Shown here piece by piece: positions 35,609 through 49,200 of a stretch of DNA of 64,000 nucleotides (positions are counted from its first letter, which is position 1; every line of letters begins with the position of its first letter). The position numbers were made by a program, and so were the translations under genes. The DNA lies in the NCBI GenBank assembly GCA_040954595.2, contig CM082587.2:12277753-12341752 (forward strand), in the 5' to 3' direction. Below the pieces are notes generated by a model. That model was not told where the DNA came from. It was given only the letters and a program-made list of their open reading frames with translations, and ran no database searches. Source of the DNA: Balanoglossus misakiensis. Lineage: Eukaryota; Animalia; Hemichordata.

Positions 35609-36757
35609 TTAACCCATGTGATCAGAATCTGTGTCAAAATGGAGGCTATTGTTCCCAAACACCAAATTCTTATACTGACTACACCTGTTACTGCCAGTAG
35701 TGTTGGACGGGGGCCATCTGTGCCGTAGGTGTGTCGAATTCAACTGTTTTATGACACAGCGTGGTATATAAACCCTCATTTTTGGTATTCTCAATGTGAT
35801 AGATGGACCCGTACACCAATAAATGGGGTGGAAGCATTACAAAGTTTCATCCTTTCAAAATTTGCTGATGTAGGGTCAAAATTGAGTGTGAGGTGCACGT
35901 TAAAAAGGAAAGCCTTCTGTATCATGTTGATGGCATATTTTTTAATTTTTCAAGATTCTTACAGAAAAATCCTAGCATCATTATGTTATTTTAAATGTAC
36001 AGGTTTGAAATAAGGAATGAAGACATTGCTCACTTATATAATTTAAACAAAATGAACATCACAAGTACATGTACAATTTTTTGACAAGCAGGTCATTGAT
36101 ACTTTCATTTTTGTTTTGGCAGCCATTGATCAGTTATACTCTATGCCTTGTCAAAATGTGGTGGCACATGCGTTGCGTGAGACGGCTGTTTCCAGTTTGA
36201 CTGTATGTGTGCCGAATGCTTCACTGGTGCCACATGTACAATGCATAAGTATAAACCAATATTATTTTATTCAATGCAAAACACTTGTTATGTATTATAT
36301 AATATAAATATGGTACACATATTAAAGCCCTGGTAACTCAAACTTTGGGCTAGCTTAATGTTATCACTATTTTCGTTTTCGGTTGCAACTGTGGTTTCTT
36401 GTCGCACTCTAAAGGATTTCACAGCATTTGGTTTTTCAAAACAGCCCTTTGGTTGTTGTCAGGTATACATGTACACAACTGCTGAGTGTAGTTTGTAGAT
36501 TCTGTAATTTTGACGATACCTTGACTGCACTGTTCTAGTGATTTTCTGTAGATTTTAACTCCTGCTTTTTCAAAATAATGTTCAGAAGTTCTCAACTTTC
36601 TCAACAACCCATACAGGAAACCGGCAATGGTGTGGATGTTCACATCCCATTTATGTTGATGGGCCTTTATCAGTGAATTTGTGTGTCTGTGTGTTTCAGT
36701 GCTTTGAGCCTATAGTGATGTTTTCCTGCTCAATATTCTTTCATTTTGTCTATACAG

Positions 36758-36888
36758 GAATCAACCAGACAACCAGTGTGTACCCTCTCCTTGCCTAAAC
36801 AGTGGAATTTGCTCGCAAGTACCGGGTTCCTGTACACAGTTTACATGTTATTGTTTCAACTGCTCTACTGGTGACACATGCACTGACC
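36758..36888 (+). pseudogene. EGF-like exon E13, 8-bp insertion frameshift
   Basis: INQ[+ACAACCAG]CVPSPCLNSGICSQVPGSCTQFTCYCFNCSTGDTCTD followed by /gtaagc. Confidence 0.85.
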
Positions 36889-36930
36889 GTAAGCCTATAA
36901 CCCCAATTTCTATGGTTTTCTGTAACATTT

Positions 36931-39900
36931 TAACATTTATTATTAGAGAGTGATGCAGAGAGAGAATGGGATGGAGAGAGGGGGAGGAGAAGAGAGAGTT
37001 CAAGGGTCAAGGGTTAGAGTTCAAGGGTCTAAGGTCAAGGGTTGGAGATCAAGGGTCAAGGGTTAGAGTTCAAGGGTCTAAGGTCAAGGGTTGGAGATCA
37101 AGAGTCAAGGGTAAGAGTTCAACGGTCAAGGGTTAGCGTTCAAGGGTCAAAGTTCAAGGGTTAAGTTGAAGAGTTGGAGATCGAGGGTCAAAGGGTCAAG
37201 GGTTGGAGTTCATGGGTCAAAGGTTCAATGGTTAGAGTCCAAGGTTCAAGGGGTCAAGGGTTAGAGTTCAAGAGTTGGAGATCGAGGGTCAAGGGTAAGA
37301 GCTCAAGGGTCAAGGGTTAGAGTTCATGGGTCAAACATTCAATGGTTAGAGTCCAAGGTTCAAGGGGTCAAAGATCAAGGGTTAGAGTTCAATGGTCAAA
37401 GGTCAAGGGTTAGAGTTCAAGAGTTGGAGATCGAGGGTCAAGGGGGTCAAGGGTATGAGCACAAGGATCAAGGGTAAGAGTTCAATGGTCAAGGGGTCAA
37501 GGGTCAAGGATTTGAGTTCAACGGTCAAGGGTTAGAGTTCACCAGCCAAGGATTTGAGTTCAATGGTCAAAGGTCAAGGGTTAGAGTTCAAGAGTTGGAG
37601 ATCGAGGGTCAAGGGGGTCAAGGGTATGAGCACAAGGATCAAGGGTAAGAGTTCAATGGTCAAGGGGTCAAGGGTCAAGGATTTGAGTTCAACGGTCAAG
37701 GGTTAGAGTTCACGAGCCAATGATTTGAGTTCAAGGGTCAAAGGTCAAGGGTATGAATTCAAGAGTTGGAGATCGAGGGTCAAGGGTCAAGGGTATGAGC
37801 ACAAGGATCAAGGGTTAGAGTTCAAGGGGTCAAGGTCAAGGATTATAGTTGATGGGTCAACAGTTGGCGTTCAAGGGTTAGAGTTTAATGGTCAAGGGTT
37901 CTAGGGTCAGGGGTTTAAAGGTCAAGCATTAAGGGTCAGTTGTCAAGTTTAGGGTTTAAGGGTCAAGAGTTTAGTTTCAAGGGTCAAGGGTTGGAGTTCA
38001 TGGGGCAGAGGTTCAATGGTTAGAGTCCAAGGTTCAAGGGGTCAAGGATCAAGGGTTAGAGTACAATGGTCAAGGGTTAGAGTTCAAGAGTTGGAGATCG
38101 AGGGTCAAGGGTCAAGGGTATGAGCACAAGGATCAAGGGTTAGAGTTCAATGGTCAAGGGGTCAAGGATTTAAGTTCAACAGTCAAGGGTTAGAGTTCAC
38201 GAGCCAATGATTTGGGTTCAAGGGTCAAAGGTCAAGGGTACGAGTTCAAGAGTTGGAGATCGAGGGTCAAGGGTCAAGGGTATGAGCACAAGGATCAAGG
38301 GTTAGAGTTCAATGGTCGAGGGGTCAAGGGTCAAGGATTTGAGTTCAAGGGTCAAAGGTCAAGGGTTAGAGTTCAAGGGGTCAAGGGGCAAAGGTCAAGG
38401 ATTAAAGTTGATGGGTCAACAGTTGGCGTTCATGGGTTAGAGTTTAATGGTCAAGGGTTCTAGGGTCAAGGGTTTAAAGGTCAAGCATTAAGGGTCAGTT
38501 GTCAAGTTTAGGGTTTAAGGGTCAAGAGTTTAGTTTCAAGGGTCAAGGGTTAGATTTCAAGGGTCAAAGGTCGAGGGTTAGAGATCAAATGTCAAGGGTA
38601 AGAGTTCAAGGGTCAAATGTTAGTGTTCAAGGGTTAGAGTTCAAGGGTCAAAGGTCAAGGGTTAGAGATCAAGAGTCAAGGGTAAGAGTTCAAGGGTCAA
38701 ATGTTAGAGTTCAAGGGTCAAGGGTTAGAGTTGAAGAGTTGGAGATCGAGGGTCAAGGGGTCAAGGGTAAGAGCTCAAGGGTCAAGGGTTGGAGTTCATG
38801 GGTCAGAGGTTCAATGGTTTGAGTCCAAGGTTCAAGGGGTCAAGGATTAGAGGTCAAAGGTCAAGGGTTAGAGTTCAATGGTCAAGGGGTCCTGGGTCAA
38901 GAATTTGAGTTCAAGGGTCAAAAGTCAAGGGTTAGAGTTCACGAGCCAAGGATTTGAGTTCAAGGGTTAGAGTTCACGAGTTGGAGATCAAGGGTCAAAG
39001 GTCAAGAATTATAGTTGATGGGTCAACAGTTGACGTTCAAGGGTTAGAGTTTAAGGGTCAACGGTTAAAGGGTCAAGCATTAAGGGTCAGTTGTCAAGTT
39101 TAGGGTTTAAGGGTCAAGAGTTTTTTTTCAAGGGTCAAAGGTCAAGGGTTAGAGATCAAATGTCAAGGGTAAGAGTTCAAGGGTCAAGGGTAAGAGTTTA
39201 GGGTCAAGGGTAAGAGCTCATGGGTCAAGGGTTGGAGTTCATGGGTCAAAGGTTCAATGGTTAGAGTCCAAGGTTCAAGTGGTCAAGGGGTCAAACGTCA
39301 AGGGTTTGAATTTAAGTGTTGGAGATCGAGGGTCAAGGGGTCAAGGGTCAAAGGTCAAGGATTATAGTTGATGGGTCAACAGTTGGCGTTCAAGGGTTAG
39401 AGTTTAATGGTCAAGGGTTTAAGGGTGAAGCAGGGTCAGTGGTAAGGTTCAAGGGTCAAGAGTTTTGGGTTCAAGGGTCAAAGGTCAAGGGTGAGAGATC
39501 ATGACTCAAGGGTCAAATGTTAGAGTTCAAGAGTGAAGGATTAGAGTTCAAGGGTCAAAGGTCAAGGGTCAAAGATCAAGGATTATAGTTGATGGGTCAA
39601 CAGTTGGCGTTCAAGGGTTCGAGTTTAATGGTCAAGGGTTCTAGGTTCAAGGGTTTAAGGGTCAAGCATTAAGGCTCAGTTGACAAGTTTAGGGTTTAAC
39701 ATTTATTATTAGAGAGTGATAGAGACAGAGAATGGGATGGAGAGTGAGGGGGAGGAGAAGAGAGAGTTCAAGGGTTAGAGTTAAAGGGTCAAAGATCAAG
39801 GGTTAGAGTTCAAGGGGTCAAGGCGCAAAGGTCAAGGATTATAGTTGATGGGTCAACAGTTGGCGTTCAAGGGTTAGAGTTTAATGGTCAAGGGTTCTAG

Positions 39901-42015
39901 GGTCAAGGGTTTAAAGGTCAAGCATTAAGGGTCAGTTATCAAGTTTAGGGTTTAAGGGTCAAGAGTTTAGTTTCAAGGGTCAAGGGTTAGATTTCAAGGC
40001 TCAAAGGTCGAGGGTTATGGATCAAATGTCAAGGGTAAGAGTTCAAGGGTCAAATGTGAGAGTTCAAGGGTTAGAGTTCAAGGGTTAGAGATCAAGAGTC
40101 AAGGGTAAGAGTTCAAGGGTCAAATGTTAGAGTTCAAGGGTTCAAGAGTTAAATTTCAAGGGTCAAAGGTCAAGGGTGAGAGATCATGACTCAAGGGTCA
40201 AATGTTAGAGTTCAAGAGTGAAGGATTAGAGTTCAAGGGTCAAAGGTCAAGGGTCAAAGATCAAGGATTATAGTTGATGGGTCAACAGTTGGCGTTCTAG
40301 GGTTAGAGTTTAATGGTCAAGGGTTCTAGGGTCAAGGGTGTAAGGGTCAAGCATTAAGGCTCAGTTGTCAAGTTTAGGGTTTAACATTTATTATTAGAGA
40401 GTAACGGAGAGAGAATGGGATGGAGAGTGAGGGGGAGGAGAAGAGAGAGTTCAAGGGTTAGAGTTCAAGGGTCAAAGATCAAGGGTTAGAGATCAATAGT
40501 CAAGGGTAAGAGTTCAAGGGTCAAAGGTCAAGGGTTAGAGTTAAAGAGTTGGAGATTGAGGGTCAAAGGTTCAAGGGTAAGAGCTCAAGGGTCAAGGGTT
40601 GGAGTTCATGGGTCAAAGGTTCAATGGCCAGAGTCCAAGGTTCAAGGGGTCAAGAGTTAGAGTTCAAGAGTTGGAGATCGAGGGTCATGGGGTCAAGGGT
40701 AAGAGCTCAAGGGTCAAGGGTTAGAGTTCATGGGTCAAAGGTTTAATGGTTGGAGTCCAAGGTTCAAGGGGTCAAGGATCAAGGGTTAGAGTTCAAGGGG
40801 TCAAGGGTCAAGGGTTAGAGTTCAAGAGTTGGAGATCGAGGGTCAAGGGGGTCAAGGGTCAAGGCTATGAGCACAAGGATCAAGGGTTAGAGTTCAAGGG
40901 GTCAAGGGTCAAGGATTTGAGTTCAACGGTCAAGGGTTAGAGTTCACCAGCCAAGGATTTGAGTTCAAGGGTCAAAGGTCAAGGGTTAGAGTTCAAGAGT
41001 TGGAGATCAAGGGGTCAAGGGTCAAAGGTCAAGGATTATTGTTGATGGGTCAACAGTTGGCGTTCAAGGGTTAGAGTTTAATGGTCAAGGGTTCTAGGGT
41101 CAAGGGTTTAAGGGTCAAGCATTCAGGGTCAGTTGTCAAGTTTTGGGTTCAAGGATCAAGAATTTTGTTTCAAGGGTCAAGGGTTAAATATCAAGGGTCA
41201 AAGGTCAAGGGTTAGAGATCAAATGTCAAGGATAAGAGTTCAAGGGTCAAATGTTAGAGTTAAAGGGTTCGAGTTCAAGGGTCAAGGGTTAGAGTTCAAG
41301 CGACAAAGGTCAGGGGTTAGAGTTCAAGAGTTGGAGATCAAGGGTCAAAGGTCATGGATTATAGTTGATGGGTCAACAGTTGACGTTCAAGGGTTATAGT
41401 TTAAGGGTCAAGGGTTTAAGGGTCAAGCATTATGGGTCAGTTGTTAAGTTTAGGGTTTAAGGGTCAAGTGTTTTGTTTCAAGGGTCAAAGGTTAGATTTC
41501 AAAGGTCATAGGTCAAGGGTTAGAGATCAAATGTCAAAGGTAAGAGTTCAAGGGTCAAGGTAACAGTTCAAGGGTCAAGGGTAAGAGCTCATGGGTCAAG
41601 GGTTGGAGGTCATGGGTCAAAGGTTCAATGGTTAGAGTCCAAGGTTCAAGTGGTCAAGGATCAAGTGTTGGAGTTCAATGGTCAAGGATTAGAGTTCAAA
41701 GGTCAATGGTTAGAGTTTAAGAGTTGGAGATTGAGGGTCAAGGGGTCAAGGGGTCAAGGGTCAAAGGTCAAGGATTATAGTTGATGGGTCAAGCAGGGTC
41801 AGTGGTCAGGTTCAAGAGTCAAGAGTTTTGGGTTCAAGGGTCTAAGGTCAAGGGTTAGAGATCAAGACTCAAGGGTCAAATGTTAGAGTTCAAGGGTCAA
41901 AGGTCAAGGGTTTAAGAGTTGGAGATCGAGGGTCAAGGGGTTCAAGGGTTATAGTTCAGACAGCTGGTCAATGGTCAAAGGTAAAGTGTTAGAGATCGAG
42001 AGTCAAGGGTCAAAT
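36931..42015 (+). repeat. Satellite A: telomere-like TCAAGGG / TTAGAGTTCAAGGG mosaic, G-rich on +
   Basis: Dense degenerate heptamers with recurring longer modules such as GATGGGTCAACAGTTGGCG and a GA-rich head at 36931, 39697 and 40382. Confidence 0.95.
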
Positions 42016-42860
42016 ATTAAAAACATGCGATATGGAAATAACATCGCTTTTGTATTGTATAACCCTTGCCTGGGATAAACACCTGATAGAGCATTATGTT
42101 TCCTATAATTCATAATGTACATAAATAATTCCAGATCAGCGCTGCTTGCAGCTTTAATAATTCTCCAAAATTCGACCGGATTTCGAAAACCGCATAACCT
42201 ATGGGGCTGAAACTTGGTAGGGTGATAGGGACCAATGATTGCAGTGGCTCGTAAATATTTAATTAGTCACATGATAGGGCTGGAGGTCTGGTTTTGGTTG
42301 GAGGCCCACCATGGGGTCAAAATTTTATGCCCCAATTTTGGGTGACCTTTGACTTACTTTCTCATATCTCAGCATCCAGAGCAGTTAGACCCCTGGCGTT
42401 TGGGATGATTGAGCACACAATGGAGTCTTTATACACGAAATTTTGTGACCTTAGGGAAGCCTTTCACTTCGATGTACAATTTCTTCTTTCTTCAGTTCAT
42501 TAAAATTGTTGCCCATTGAGCCGATTCACCTATTGTGTACGTGTGTTCATTTAATAAAAGGAATAGCACTCAAATCAAATCAAATTGAAATAAATGAAAT
42601 TAAATTAAATCGAAATCATATTATTAATGTTATAAAATTAAATTAGAGTAAAATAAATTATATTAATTAAATCAAATAAAAATCAAATTAAATCAAAACA
42701 AAACAAATTAATTAAAATACATTATATTAAACAATCAAATTAAGTTAAATCCATCTGTCATTCATCCATCATTTATACATCCATCTGTTACCATCCATCT
42801 TTGAACCATCCTAATATTCATCTATCACCCATCCCATCTATCATCCATAGATCATTCATC
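42016..42860. other. Spacer: transposon-like fragment, (AAATY)n tract and (CATC)n tract
   Basis: Higher-complexity sequence at 42060-42560, AAATC/AAATT repeats at 42570-42750 and CCAT repeats at 42750-42860. Confidence 0.55.
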
Positions 42861-45800
42861 CACACTCATCCCGAAACCTAATCCTTACTGGGACCCCACA
42901 TTAATCCCATGACCCAATCCCCTTCGTACCTCAAAACCTCACCCCGAAGTCAGTCCCAGAATTGTACTCTCAAAAAATACTTTATTACTCAAACACCAAT
43001 CATCGATCCAATTCCAAACTTACACTTTCACCATCCCGTCACTACTCCCACCCAACTTCACCCCAGCCTATTCCCACTCGTTCCCCCATCATCACCCTGG
43101 CCTCCTTCACCAAAACCGCAGCAGACCACATAATGCCTCCCTCTTTTACTCCACACCTTACACCCACCACAAATCCTAGCCATCACCCAACCTATCATAG
43201 CCCAAACAACCCAAACCCAAACAAAATTGACCCTAGCCCCACTTATCATCATCCAAGCTATCAATGCTCAACGGCAACCCAAATAACTTAAAGATTGGCA
43301 TAAATCCAAACTCATACCACTGCCACCCCAAATATACAAAACCAAGACGATATTACGAACCAATACCTACCATTTGTAGCAAATACACGACCAAAGATTT
43401 GATCCCATCTATCATCCATATATCATCCTTCCACACTCATGCCGAAACCTAATCCTTACTGTGGCCCCACCCTAATCCGATAACCCAATCAACTTCGTAC
43501 CTCAAACATCACCCCGAAGTCAATGCAAGAATTATACTATCAAAAAAATTCATATTACTCAAACACCAATCACCTATCAAACTATAATGTTAAACTAACT
43601 CAGCTACCACTCACCACCCCGTCACCACTCCCACCCAACTTTACCCAAACCTATTCACACTCGCACTCCCATCACCACCCTGGCCTCCTTCACCAAAACC
43701 GCACCATCTCTTACACCACACCTTACACCAACCACAAATTTAAATCCTGGCAGTCACCCAACCTATTATGCCAAAACAATCCAAACCAAATCAAAATTGA
43801 CCCTACCCTAAGCCTACCATCAATACCCGACGGCAAACCAAATAACACTTAACTCATACCGCTGCCGCTCCAACAATACATCAGGACTCTTTTTTTACAA
43901 ACCATTTGTAGAAAATAGACGACCAAAGATTTAATCCCTTCAAATATTCATCTATCACCCATCCCATCTATCACCCATATATTATTCATCCACACTCATC
44001 CCAAAATCAAATCCTTACTGGAACCCCACCTTAAACCAATGACCCAATCCCATCGTACCTCAAACCCCTACCCGAAGTCAATCCCAGTATTGTACTCTCA
44101 AAAAATACCTTATTGCTCAAACACCAATCATCGATCAAACTCTAAACTTAAACTAACTCACACGACCTTGTCAGCTATCACCCACCACCCCAACACCACT
44201 CACATCCAACTTTACCCGAACATACTCCTACTCGTACCCTCATCACCACCCTGGCCTCCTTCACCAAAACCGCACCAGACCCTATAATGCCTCAATCTCT
44301 TACGTGACCACCACAAATCCTAGCCATCACTCAACCTATCATAGCCCAAACAAACCAAACTCAATCATTCTTGCCCCACTTATCATCAACCAAGCCATCA
44401 ATGCTCAACGGTGGTAACCCAAATAACACTTAACTTAAAGATTGGCATAAACCAAACTCATACCACTGCCACCCGAAATATACAACACCAAGACTATTAC
44501 GAACCAATACCTACCATTTGTAGCAAATACACGACCAAAGATTTGATCCCATATATCATCATTCCACACTCATCCCGAAACTTAATCCTTACTGGGCCCC
44601 ACCCTAATCCGATAACCCAATCAACTTCGTACCTCAAACATCACCCCGAAGTCAATGCAAGAATTATACTATCAAAAAAATTCATATTACTCAAACACCA
44701 ATCACCTATCAAACTATAATGTTAAACTAAATCAGCTACCACTCACCACCTCGTCACCACTCCCACCCAACTTTACCCAAACCTATTCACACTCGCACTC
44801 CCATCACCATCCTGGCCTCCTTCACCAAAACCGCACCATCTCTTACACCACACCTTACACCAACCACCAATTAAAATCCTGGCAGTCTCCCAACGTATTA
44901 TGCCAAAACAATCCAAACCAAATCAAAATTGACCCTAGCCTAAGCCTACCATCAATACCCGACGGCCAACCAAATAACACTTAACTCATACCACTGCCAC
45001 TCCAACAATACATCAGGACTCTTTTTCACGAACCAAAACTTACCATTTGTAGAAAATAGGCGACCAAAGATTTAATCCCTTCAAATATTCATCTATCACC
45101 CATCCCATCTATCACCCATATATCATTCATCCACACTCATCCAAAAACCTAATCCTTACGGAACCCCACCTTAAACCAATGACCCAATCCCATTCGTACC
45201 TCAAACCTCTCCCCGAAGTCAATCCCAGTGTTGTACTCTCAAAAATACCTTATTGCTCAAACAACAATCATCGATCCAAATCAAAACCTAAACTAACTCA
45301 CACGACCTTGTCAGCTATCACCCACCACCCCAACACCACTCACACCCAACTTTACCCGAACATACTCCTACTCGCACCCTCATCACCACCCTTGCCTCGT
45401 TCACCAAAGCCGCACCAGACCCTATAATGCCTCAATCTCTTACGTGACCACACCTTATTCCCACCACAAATCCTAGCCATCACTCAACCTATCATAGCCC
45501 AAACAAACCAAACTCAATCATTCTTTCCCCACTTATCATCAATGCATCAATGCATCAATTCTCAACGGTGGTAACCCAAATAATATTTAACTTAAAGATT
45601 GGCCTAAACCAAACTCATACCACTGCCACCCTGAATATACAACACCAATACCTACCATTTGTAGCAAATACACGCCCAATGATTTGATCCCATCTATCAT
45701 CCGTATATCATCCTTCCACACTCATCCCGAAACCTAATCCTTACTGGGACCCCAATTTAAACCGACACAATCCACATCTTACCTCAAACCTCGACCCGAA

Positions 45801-46230
45801 GTCAATCCCAGAATTGTACTCTTAAAAAATACGTTATTACTCAAACAACAATCACCGATCCAACTCCAAACTTAAACTAAGGCTCGCGACCTTGCCAGCT
45901 ATCACCACTACCACACAACTTTACCCCAACCTATTCCCACGCACTCCTATCAGCACCCAGACCTACATCCCCAAAGCCGCACTAGCCCCACCACAATCCT
46001 GGCAGTCACCCAACCTATCATAACTCAATTATCCCAAACCAAATCAAAATTGACCCTAGCCCTAACATTGCCCAAGCATGTTATCAATACTCGAAGGCCA
46101 CCCAAATAACTCTTAATGTAACAAAAATCCAAACTCGTACTGCTAACCCAACTAATTTAAAACGCTTTTACGCTATTCCGAACCAAAACCTGCAATTTTT
46201 ATACACGACCAAAGATCCTGACCATATAAG
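42861..46230 (+). repeat. Satellite B: C/A-rich, ~570-bp monomer, ~1135-bp dimer
   Basis: AATCCTTAC recurs at about 42880, 43451, 44010, 44584, 45151 and 45736. ORF offsets are 1132 and 1140. Confidence 0.9.
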
Positions 46231-49200
46231 AACTCACTTCTGTCAATAATACAAACTCCTACAAATTCTCTGACAGCTAATTAATAAAATTTATTTATTA
46301 AGGATTCAAAACAATGGAAATCAATTTGAATCATCTTTTTGAAAATATTATTTAAAACTCATTATTTGGGTGCAAATATGATGATTATTCTATATTCCAA
46401 GTATAAATTAAAAATGACTCATTTATCATTTCCAATTAAAAAAAGGCTTAAAACATTAACTTTGTTTTCGAAAATATAAACACCCCTTGTGGATATATAG
46501 AGAATCAACATTTACCGACACCCATCTCGCTTGTGTGATATGAGAGTAATAACTCTTCCAAGAGAGACTTTGTCACACATTGTTTATTTCAAATGAAAAT
46601 GATTTAAAAAGCGATTTCAACATAAATACACAATGATTAAATGCTTCAGAACACTTTAAAATCATTCGAAATCTTTAAATACAATACCAAAACGATATTT
46701 GGTCCATAACGTACGTTTTTGATAAAAATTATTAGATAATGATTTCAAACTCAAAAACAGCCCATATTTTTAGGCTTTGAAATGATTTTCGTCTATAATA
46801 ATCTAATTTAATAAGCTAAGTTTTTAATATTTGGAATTATAAACAATTATTATGCAAGAATTCACAAAAATGATTTAGCAAGCAATTCCAATATAAATGT
46901 TTTTCGAGGCATTGAACCGGTTTTCTATCATTCTAAAGTCTTTTTTAAAAGTATTACAAAAAAACATTATTTGGCAAGAAAACTGCACAATACGACGCTG
47001 TAAAATGTTATTTGTTTCATATTGCATGTTTTAAATAAAAACGATTCAATAAGCATTTTAAATTGAAAACCACTTATTTAGGCCAAAAAAAACAATGTGG
47101 GATCATTATTAAACCCTTGAAGCTTTATTTTCTCACAAAAATGTTTAATACCTTATAAAATCAATGTCATATTCAAAAGGCGTATGTTTAACGGAAATGA
47201 TTTAACAGGCAATTTCTATATATTTACACCCCTATTAAAGCCTTTGGAAAACTGTTAAATCATTCTAACCTTTCTTTGAACATAACACAAAACCATTCTT
47301 TATTCGGGCCCAAAAACTTTATCGTGCACATTTAACTCAAACACAATCTTATTTAGGATTATAAACATTCTAAATTACTTTTAAAATTTTTCTCTCGATT
47401 TAAGGCTTTTAAACACTTTATAATCATTCAAAAACTTTCATTGAAAGTATTACTTAAACACAATATTTTGGCACGAAAACTTCTCAATACGACATAAAAA
47501 ACGATGTATGTTCCATATTGCTTTTTTACATTTAAAAAGACAAGAAACATTTCAAAACACTAATTTAGGCATGTAAACACTGTTAGAACATTTGGTAAAA
47601 AAAAACTATTTAATACGGTATAAAATGATGTTATATGCACATTGTATATTTTAAAAAAATATGATTAAATAAACAATCGATACATAAATACACGCATATT
47701 TAAAGCTCTAATACAGTAATATATAATTCTTAAACCTTTCTTTGTATATATGATAAAAAACTAATTATTTGGGAATGAAAACTGTTTAAAACGATACTAA
47801 AACAATGCTTGTTCCATATTTCAGGTTTTAAATAAAAATGATCCGTAAAGCATTTTAAAGTTAAATACAAACTTATTTAGGCATAAAAAGCACCCTGGTA
47901 TCATTATTTTACCCGTCTTTGAAATTTGATATAAAACGCATTATTTTTCACTTAAAGGGTTTAATTACGTTATGAAATTGTTTTTATTCACATTGTTTAC
48001 TTCAAATGAAAATGTTTTAACAAGCGATTTCAACATGAATGCAACATGATTAAAGGCTTCAAAACACTTGAAAATCATTCTAAATAATTTCTTTGAATAT
48101 AACCATTAATTTGTGCACAAAAACTTTAATTACAATACTAAAACGATATATGGTCCATAACGCACTTTTAAATAAAAATTATTAGATAGTGATTTCAAAC
48201 TCAAAAACACCCAATATTTTTAGGCTTGCGAATTATTTTTATCTGAAAATATAATTAACTCCAAAAAACTGATATAAAATAGATGTTTTGATTCGTATAT
48301 GTATTGAATAAAATCAAATAAGCCAAAATTAAGTTTTTAATATGAAAATGATTTAATAAGCAATATAAATGTTTTGCTTATCATTCTAAAGTCTCTTTTG
48401 AATGTATTACAAAAAAAAACATTATTTGGCAAGAAAACTGCTCAAAACGATATTAAAAACGTTATTAGTTTCATATCGCATGTATTAAATAAAAACGATT
48501 CAATAAGCATTTTAAATTCAAAACCACTTATTTATGCTAAAAAACAATGTGGGATCATTTTTTAAAAACCTTATTGAAATTTTTTTCTATAACACGCTTT
48601 AATTTTTCACAAAAAATGTTTAATACCTTATAGAATCAATGTCATCTTCACAAAGCGTATGTTTAACGGAAATGATTTAACAAGCAATTTCTATATATTT
48701 ACACCCCTTTTTAAGCCTTTGGAAAACTGTTAAATCGTTCTAAAACCTTTCTTTGAACATAACATAAAACCATCCTTTATTTGGGCCCAAAAACTTCATA
48801 TCGCACATTTAACTCAAACACGGCCTTATTTAGGATTATGAACATTCTAAATTCCTTTTAAAATTTTTCTCTCGATTAAAGGCTTTTAAACACTTTATAT
48901 AACTTTTCAATACGACATAAAAAACGATGTTTGTTCCATATTGCTTTTTTATATCTAAAAAGACAAGAAACATTTCAAAACACTAATTTAGGCATTTAAA
49001 CACTGTTAGAACATTTGATAAAAAAACTATTTAATACACTATAAAATGATATTATATGCACATTGTATATTTTGAAAAAAATATGATTAAATAAACAATC
49101 GATACATAAATACACGCATATTTAAAGCTCTAATACAGTAATATATAATTCTTAAACCTTTCTTTGTATAAATGATAAAAAACTAATTATTTGGGAATAA

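Larger units (their letters stand above)
33750..36530 (+). repeat. Older duplicate of about 225-1415, carrying two extra transposon insertions
   Basis: Colinear with the start of the window. It contains E1' (35010-35728, interrupted) and E2' (36123-36244, +2 frameshift, donor GT changed to AT). Homology ends after CTTGACTGCAC. Confidence 0.92.

Noticed and set aside
429-36643. Most short ORFs in the track, e.g. 587..970, 2124..2465, 3750..4046 and 30169..30771
   Set aside because: They are intronic read-throughs, antisense shadows or ORFs with non-ATG starts. The real coding signal lies in the spliced exons and transposon relics.
493-36888. Calling the EGF array Notch, fibropellin, Crumbs or a functional gene
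   Set aside because: There is no signal peptide or family-defining domain, the Cys pattern is atypical, and many exons carry stops, frameshifts or insertions.
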